Shown here: piece by piece, positions 56,553-64,000 of the stretch | Layout: every line of letters begins with the position of its first letter | How positions within the stretch are numbered: the first letter of the stretch is position 1 | Origin: an uncultured Planctomycetota bacterium | GTDB taxonomy: Bacteria; Planctomycetota; Planctomycetia; Isosphaerales; Isosphaeraceae | Direction: 5' to 3' | DNA length: 64,000 bases | NCBI GenBank assembly: GCA_963823665.1 | Contig: CAWGMQ010000010.1 | Coordinates: forward strand, 2,613,473-2,677,472 | Notes under the pieces: model-generated | Databases searched by the model: none | The model's input: the letters and a program-made list of their open reading frames with translations, nothing else | What the model was told of the DNA's origin: nothing | Translations under genes and position numbers: made by a program

Positions 56553-59500
56553 GCACCAGCGACCAAACAACGGCCGTCGCGAGCGATTTCGAGGGGGCAG
56601 CCCAGGCGGCCCTCCGGGAGGCCGAGGAGAAAGGCCGATTCGAGTCGCTCGAGGCGCTGCGGGATGTTCACTCGTTTCTCCTGGCGAAGCGCGGCGCGGC
56701 CAAAGATGACGAGGGTCGCGCCCCGCCCGATATCCTCGATGTCCGGGAGCGATTCCTCACTTTGGGGGCTGCAACCGGCGTCATCGTCGACGCGAAGCAA
56801 GACCGCTGGGAGACCCAGAGCCTGCTGGATTACTGGTATACCGTACAGTACCGCGATGGCAAGCGGCCTGCGAAACCGCGACTGGCCCCGCTTGACGAGA
56901 GCCTGCTCCTGGACCTGGACAACTCGGCCTGCCCCTACCGGGGTCTGGATGCCTTCCGTGAGAAGGACAGCCCGTACTTCTTCGGCCGCGACGGGCTACG
57001 AAAAGACCTGCTCGACATGCTCGCAGAAGCCCCCATTCTGGCAGTGGTCGGGCCTTCCGGCAGCGGCAAGTCATCGGTCGTGCGAGCAGGGCTGATACCG
57101 GACCTGCGCACCGGTGGGCTTCCGGGAAGCGAGTCGTGGACCATCTTGCCGCTCATGGTGCCCGGTTCCGACCCGCTCGATAGCCTGGCGCGGCTCGTCG
57201 TCGACCACCAGACCGACCCAATGGCGACGCCGGCGCCCGCCCCGCCCTCTCTCGAGCCGGCGGCGACGCTGGCCAAGGAAGCGCGCCAGGATAAGCATTG
57301 CCTCGCCAAGCGGCTCGACAAGCCCTCTGGCCCGCCCGTTGTCGTGGCAATCGATCAGTTCGAGGAGGTGTTCACCCTCTGCAAGAACGCCAAGGACGCC
57401 CAGGCGCTGATCGATAACCTGCTCGAGCTGGTCCGGACAAAGCCCGACGCCGCGGTGAAAAACCGGGTGATCTTGACGATGCGCAGCGACTTCCAGGTGC
57501 ACCTCCAGAAGTATCCGGAGCTACTCGAGTTGTTTCGCGCCGGACGTGTGCCGGTCATGCCCATGGCAAAGGACCAGTTGCGCAAAGCAATCGAGGGGCC
57601 GGCGCAGCAAGCCGGTTTGGTTTTCGAGAAGGGGGTTGTCGAGGCGCTGGTCGAAGACACCTTCGCCGAGCCGGGGGCGTTACCCCTCTTGCAATTCGCG
57701 CTCCTCAAGCTGTGGGAAGGCCGCTGGCACAATAAGGTCACGATGGAGGCGTACCGCCGCCTGGGGGGCAGCCGGGAGGCACTGGCGACCGCTGCCGATG
57801 AGCTCTTCACGCACATGAACCGTGAGAACCAGGACGCGGCCAAGCGCATTTTTCTGCGCATCGTCCGGCCGGGCGAGGGGCTGGAGGTCACCAACAAGCG
57901 CATCCCGCTGGGAGACTTGCACCCGCCCGGCGAGGACCATGCGCGAACCGATGAGGTTCTCGACAAGCTGGTCAAGGCGAGGCTGGTCCGGCTCACGCCG
58001 GGCCTGAGGAACGAGGACACCCAGGTTGAGGTCGCGCATGAGGCGCTGGTGCGCAACTGGCCGCGGCTGGTCAACTGGCTGGAAAAGCAGCGGGGGGCGA
58101 TCGTCGCGCGGCAGCGATTGGAGCTGAAGGTGGCCGAATGGGTCGGCCGGGGCCGCGGCGACGACGCGCTCCTGGATGAGGCCCAGTTGCCCGATGCGAG
58201 ATCATGGCTGGACAGCACGGATGCGGCGGAACTCGGAGTCATCCCTTACCTGCGGGACCTCGTCGACGCGAGCGCACAGGCCATCAAGAAAAAGCAAAGG
58301 CTCTGGTACGGAGCGATTTTCGCGCTGGGCATCCTGACCGTCTCCTCGGTCATCGCCGCGGGCATCGCGGTCCGCCAGAGCGACAACGCGCGGAAGGAGA
58401 GCGAAAAAGCCAAGGAGGCGTTCCGGCAGGCTGACGCAAACTACGTCAAGTTTGTCTCCAGCAAGCTTCTCCAGGCCGCCAAAGAGGACAGCGGCAATTC
58501 CGATCGCAGTCTTCTCCTGGCACAGAAAGCCGTCGCCGCGCTCCAATCGCGAAATCTCCCGATACCGGCTGAGTTCTCACAGACCCTGAAGGCGCTGGTC
58601 AGGCAACCCGCCGTGAAATTCGATATTTCACATGTTGAGAAGGTTCTTGTCTACTATGATCGTAGTGGCCAACTACTAGCAACAAGTACCTACGGGAGCA
58701 ACGCGGCTCTCTGGGACGCGAACACAGGAAAGAAGCTCTCGGAGCTGGCCGGCACGGCGGACAAGGCTCTGATGGCGCTGGCATTCAGTCCGGACGGCGA
58801 GCACCTGGCCACCGCCGACCTCGAGGGAAGAGCCAAGATCTGGAGATTCTCGACCGCGGGCCAAGACCCGAAGCCCGCCGCCACCCTGGGTGGCGGCCAC
58901 AAAGGAGCTATCTTTGCGGTCGCGTTCGCACCTGCTGCTGCGGCGCAGAATCGTCTGGCCACGGCCGGCGACGACGGCATGGTGGTCGTCTGGGACGGCA
59001 ATACCGGCAGACAGATTTCCAGACTTTCCGGCCACAACGGCAAAGTCTTCACAGTGGCCTATTCGGCTGACGGCCGCCAGCTCGCTAGTGGCGGCCTTGA
59101 CGGGACGGCCATTCTCTGGGACACGTCTCTGAGCAAACCGACCCGGGTGCTGCAACATCCTCATGGAGTCGTCACGGCCGTCGCATTTGACCCGGGCGGT
59201 ACCCGGATCGCAACGGTTTGCACGGACGGTCATGTGCATTTGTGGGACACGCGTACAGGTGATTCTCTCAAAACACTGCAGTCGGGCAAGGTCGCCTGGT
59301 ACGGAGGTCTCGCGTTTTCACCGGACGGCCAGATCCTGGCCACTTCGGGCATCGACAAGAACGTCGTGGTGAAGCTCTGGAGAATTCCGAGCGGGGAACG
59401 AGAACTCTCCATCACCGTGGGTGACAACTACGCGCACGCGCTGGCCTTCCGGCCTGACTTGAAACGATTTGCAATTGCAAGCCCGGCTGCATCGGCCGGC

Positions 59501-60527
59501 TCGGTAACCGGCCAGCGCCAGGATCAGCCGGCGCTGGGCTCGACCCAGACCGTGAAGATTTTTGAGATCCGGAAGATCGAGAATCTGCTAGAGTCAATCC
59601 GGAAACCGGAACAATACGACCTCACGGTGGACGACTACCTCGAGATCCTGAAGGATCTGTCGCCCGACCATTTCGATCACATGGTCGAGGCCAGAAACCT
59701 GGCGAAGAACGACGATGTGGACGGCGCTCTGGCCAAGATCAACGAGGCGCTCAAGCTGCCCGGCCTCGATCTGAATATCGACCGGGAATCAAAACGACTT
59801 GTCGCGGAGTTTCTGCTCGAACGCGGCTGTATGCTGGCACGCGAGGGCAAACCGGACGAGGCGCTCAAGATGTTTGGGAGGGCCCAAGAGACTCCACAAT
59901 AAGCCATCTTTCGACCCGCAATCGGAGGCTCGCCGGTGCGAGGCTTTTGGCCTGTTCGAGGAGGGAGAGCGGCGAGCAGCCCAGGGCGACTACGAGCGAG
60001 GAGCACAGGCATTTCGCAGGGCCAAAGAACTCAACGATCGGTACAACTTCGACCCCGACTCACTTGCAAAGAAGCTCGCTGCGCCGGCCGTGGTCAACCG
60101 GGGATTGGGTCTGGTTCGGGAGGGAAAGGTCTCTGAGGCGCTCGAGGCGTTCCAGGAGGCACCAAAACTCGATTCGATGCTGGAAATCCCGGTGTCGAGC
60201 TGGAACAATCTCTGCTGGTGGGGCAGCCTGCACGGAAAGGCGGCAGACGTGCTTTTTGCCGGTGAGCGGGCGGTCAAGCTCGCCCCGGCCGAGACGGTAG
60301 GCTCCGTTCGCGACACGCGAGGCCTGGCCAGAGCGCTCACAGGTCAGACTGCAGGGGCCATCGAAGACTTCCAGGCCTACCTCGAATGGGCGAAGGCCAA
60401 CCCCGGACGAGCCGATCAGCAGGAAATCTCCGACCGCCTCAAATGGATCGCGGAGCTGAAAGCCAATCGTAATCCATTCGACAAGCGCGAACTGGATCGA
60501 ATGCTCAAGAACGAACTCGAAAAGTGA
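56549..60527 (+). CDS. STAND NTPase (nSTAND1-like) with unknown N-terminal domain, TM segment, WD40 propeller and TPRs (frameshift ~59890)
   Basis: CPYRGLDAF..D...FFGR, GPSGSGKSS, IDQFEEVFT, LPLLQFAL, EVAHEAL.R.WPRL; WD40 repeats; WNNLCW.G and RDTRGLARAL TPRs. Confidence 0.9.
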
Positions 60528-60663
60528 AGTGACGATCGACTACCAGCCACCTCCGCTTGACCCATCTCGCAGCGAAAGTATAAGATTCTCTGACAGTTGA
60601 GTTCACCAGGGTCGCCGTTTGCCGGTTGTCTCTGCGATCACTCGCCGGCATGAGGTTTGAAGG

Positions 60664-61635
60664 ATGAAGAAGCAGTCGCTTCGCTCACGTTCGCGCTCAG
60701 GTTCAGGCACAGGCTCGGGCTCGAACACACCGGTACCGGTGCGGCATCAGTTCGACCACGAGGTTCCCACCGTCATCCACCATCCCGAAGAGAAGATGAC
60801 GGCGCTGGCTCGGCTGACGCGACGCCTGCTGCTCGAGCCGGGCAGATTCGCGACCTGGGCCCTGGGAATCCTCGCCGTTATCCTTGCCGTTTACGTCGCG
60901 GCGAACTGGACCTCGTCCAGCCGCTCCAAGACTTCCGAGCTGTGGAATTCGCTCTACACGGAAACCAAGCCGGAAGTCCTCGCCGAGAACGCCAGAAAAT
61001 ACCGCGGCACAGCCGCTTCGGAATGGGCGCTCCTGCATGCGGCCAACGAGTATTACACAACGGCCATGGGCGACCTGCCCAATAACCGCGACGTCGCCAT
61101 CAACAACGTGAAGAAGGCACTTGAGCTTTACGAGCAGATTGCGAACGAGGCACCGAAGGATTCCTTCCAGGCCCGTGCCGCGCTATTCGGAAAGGCACGC
61201 TGCATGGAAGCGCGCAACGAGCTTTCTCAGGCGATCGCGCAATACGAGCTCGTGGCCAGCACCTGGCCCGGCACGCCCGAAGCGGAACAAGCCAAAGAAT
61301 TCGCCGAAGCACTCAAGAAGCCGGAAGCGGCTGCCTTCTACAAGGAGCTGTTCGCGTATTCTCCACCGAGGGTCACGCTGCCGCCCCTGGGCAGCGAACG
61401 GTTCAACTTCCCCGGCAGCTCGAGCGCGAAGGGGGCAGCCTCCAAGGGGACGACTAACATGGGCCCCTCCGCCACCGTCCCGCCGCCGCCGGTTGAAGTG
61501 ACGCCGCCCGGCGTGAACGAGCTCAAGCCTGCCCCGGGCACCGGGCAAATTCCAATCGACGTTTTCGGGCCCGAGACCACGACCAAGACCGAGTCCAAGA
61601 CCAAGACCAAGGCGCCCCCGATCGCTCCACGCTAG
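60664..61635 (+). CDS. Membrane-anchored TPR protein (YfgM-like)
   Basis: Single TM, TPR-like helices, Pro-rich tail; TTGACC..TATAAG promoter-like sequence at 60557-60584. Confidence 0.7.
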   Translation: MKKQSLRSRSRSGSGTGSGSNTPVPVRHQFDHEVPTVIHHPEEKMTALARLTRRLLLEPGRFATWALGILAVILAVYVAANWTSSSRSKTSELWNSLYTETKPEVLAENARKYRGTAASEWALLHAANEYYTTAMGDLPNNRDVAINNVKKALELYEQIANEAPKDSFQARAALFGKARCMEARNELSQAIAQYELVASTWPGTPEAEQAKEFAEALKKPEAAAFYKELFAYSPPRVTLPPLGSERFNFPGSSSAKGAASKGTTNMGPSATVPPPPVEVTPPGVNELKPAPGTGQIPIDVFGPETTTKTESKTKTKAPPIAPR

Positions 61636-61686
61636 ACCGTTTCACGCCCGTTGTGCGCACGCGGATTGCGGCGGCCGTGATATACT

Positions 61687-61741
61687 AACCCGAAGCGTCA
61701 GCGAGGAACTGAACAGCGAGTCCTCGCTGACGCTTCGGGTT
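61687..61741. repeat. Perfect 21-bp inverted repeat (REP-like hairpin)
   Basis: AACCCGAAGCGTCAGCGAGGA-13 nt-TCCTCGCTGACGCTTCGGGTT. Confidence 0.9.
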
Positions 61742-61831
61742 GGTGTGCTCTCGGCCACACGCCATCGCGAACCACTCCAGCCGAATTGCACGATTGATCG
61801 TTATGTGGCCCCCTCCGCTTTCTCAGACGCC

Positions 61832-62815
61832 CATGGAATTCGAAGTCAAATCTCGCATTGATGGGAAGCGGATTGACGCGTATCTGGCCAGCCGGTTCAC
61901 CGATTATTCGCGCCAGGTACTGCAAAAGGTGATCGATGCCGAAGGTGTACGGGTCAACGGCCGCACTGTGAAGGCGTCATACCGAGTCCGGTCCGGCGAC
62001 CGGATCTCGATCCATCTTCCGGAACTGCCGGAAGTGAGCCCGCAGCCCGAAGACCTGCCGATCGAGGTCGTCTACGAAGATGAGCATCTTGCCGTCGTGA
62101 ATAAGCCGGCCGGGATGGTCACACACCCGCGCGCGGAAACTGGCGAGGCACGCTCGTGAACGCCCTCCAGTTTCATTTCGATCGGCTTTCGACGCTTGCC
62201 GGCGAAAAGCGGCCGGGGATCATCCACCGCCTCGATCGCGACACGACGGGCCTTCTGGTCGTCGCGAAGGACGAGCGCATCCACCATAAGCTCGCTTATC
62301 AGTTCGAGCGCCGCAGCGTCCAGAAAGAGTACCTGGCCCTGGTCTACGGCGTTCCGCAGCGCGACAGTGACTACATCGAGCAGCCGATCGGCTTTCATCC
62401 CGTTTCGCGTGAGAAGATGGCGATCCGGTCTCCCACGGACGGCGGCAAATCGGCCATGACATTTTACCAGGTCGAGGAGCGGTTCCGCGGGTACGCCCTG
62501 GTGCGCTGTCAGCCGAAGACCGGGCGCACCCATCAGATCCGAATTCACTTGACCCACATCGGGCACCCGATCGTTGCCGACAAGCTCTACTCGGGGAGCG
62601 ACCGGCTGACGCTGGAGGGGATCACAATCACGGAAAAGCCACCCATTCGGCTCGCCGAAGTGTCGGAGACCGTGCTGATCGACCGGCAGGCCCTGCATGC
62701 GCACGTGCTCAAGTTTGTGCACCCTGCGACGGGCAAGGAGCTCAGCTTGACAGGTACGCCGCCGGCAGACTTTGCGCGCACCCTTCTTGCGATGCGAGCT
62801 TATTTGCCGGCTTGA
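61832..62815 (+). CDS. rluD: RluA-family pseudouridine synthase, RluD-like (frameshift ~62135)
   Basis: S4 domain, VVNKPAGMVTHP, HRLDRDTTG, TGRTHQIRIH, RQALHA. Confidence 0.9.
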
Positions 62816-62842
62816 ACCAAACGGCCACGGCTCTCTTGAATC

Positions 62843-64000
62843 TCACGGATTGGGATCAACTGACCCGGCGGGTGACAGGCCGTGGGTCGCAATCTCGTGC
62901 GCAAGCTGCTTGGCCAAGGCGCTATGGCGCACACCATACGAAAAGTAAATGCCGAAGCCGACGCCGAGCCAGACCACCAGCCGGGCCCAGTTCTCCCAAG
63001 GGAGCGAAAGCATCAGGATGAGGCACGTCACAATGCCGAGGATAGGGGTGACCGGCATGAACGGAACCTTGAACGGCCGCTCGGCGTCGGGATTCGTTTT
63101 TCGCATGATCAAAACGGCCGCGCAGACCATCAAGAATGCCAGCAGCGTCCCGATATTGACCAGTTCGGCCAGCACGTTCAGCGGGAGAAGAGCGGCGAGC
63201 GTGCCGACGAATACCCCGGTGAGGATCGTCGATTTCCAGGGAGTCTGGAAGCGAGGATGAATCGCCGCGAAGAAACTGGTGGGGACCAGCCCGTCTCGTG
63301 CCATTGCCAGCAACACCCGCGGCTGGCTGAGCATCATCACGAGCAGGACGGACGTGATGCCGGTGATCGCACCGACGGCGATCAGGAACTGGGCCCACGG
63401 GCAGGCCGACCTGTGCGAATGCGTCGGAAACCGGTGCATCGCGGTTGATCTTGTCATAAGGCACCATGCCGGTGAGGATGCTCGCGACGGTGATGTACAG
63501 AATCGTGCAGATGATGAGGGACGCGATGATCCCGATCGGCACGTCGCGCTGCGGGTTCTTCGCCTCTTCGGACTGCGTCGAAACTGCGTCAAAGCCGATG
63601 TACGCAAAAAAGATCGTGGCCGCACCCGCTAGCATTCCGGCAAGCTGGCCGTTGTGCTCCTGGCCCCAGATGGGATATCCCAGGAAGCCGATGCCGCCGT
63701 ATCCGTAGGGTGCGAACGGCTTCCAGTTCGCGGGGTTGACGTAAAATGCCCCGACAACGATGACGAAGAAAACGACCGCCAGCTTGACGATCACCATCAC
63801 GGCGTTGAAGCCCGTGCTTTCCTTGATTCCGATCACGAGAATGGTCGTGATGATGGCCACGATCACGATCGCCGGCAGATCGAAGTAGGCGTCAGTCCAC
63901 AGGAATTTTCCGTTCTTGTAATCGAACGGCGAGTTGGCAAGCGCCGCCGGCCAGAGCGCTTTACCTCCGTTGAAGAATTTCAGCAGGTCCTGAAAGTAAT
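62843..64000 (-). CDS. APC-family amino-acid permease, 3' part (frameshift ~63400)
   Basis: FFAYIGFDAVST..EE.KNPQRD.PIGII.SL, AMARDGL, LAELVNIGTL.AF, RPFKVP. Confidence 0.92.

Noticed and set aside
52400..60527. Gasdermin-caspase system
   Set aside because: No gasdermin-sized, beta-rich ORF near the caspases
61687..61741. Intrinsic terminator
   Set aside because: Stem is unusually long and has no U-tract; fits a REP-like element better

Overview
GC-rich bacterial DNA, almost certainly Planctomycetota (Isosphaeraceae-like). Basis: DUF1501/DUF1800/DUF1559 genes, ECF sigma factors with long extensions, several Ser/Thr kinase-TPR/WD40 proteins and a LE.RxLL export-type motif. About 30 genes, with roughly 30 single-base frameshifts, including in housekeeping genes, which points to long-read indel error. 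Layout: (1) 1-16 kb, a rearranged accessory region with ECF/kinase modules, three transposase remnants, and two diverged copies of a non-coding element with a 22-bp repeat at exact 68-bp period; (2) 16.5-25 kb, secreted and carbohydrate-related genes; (3) 25-35 kb, a MoxR-DUF58-VWA (Bat-like) operon; (4) 35-51.5 kb, STAND-WD40, trypsin, kinases, ECF plus a zinc-finger pseudokinase, and an ADP-ribosylhydrolase; (5) 51.8-60.5 kb, parDE followed by caspase, caspase-helical and STAND-WD40-TPR genes, the best candidate for an undescribed inflammasome/apoptosome-like system; (6) core genes (TPR protein, RluD-like synthase, amino-acid permease). All family calls are from motif recognition by eye, not database searches.
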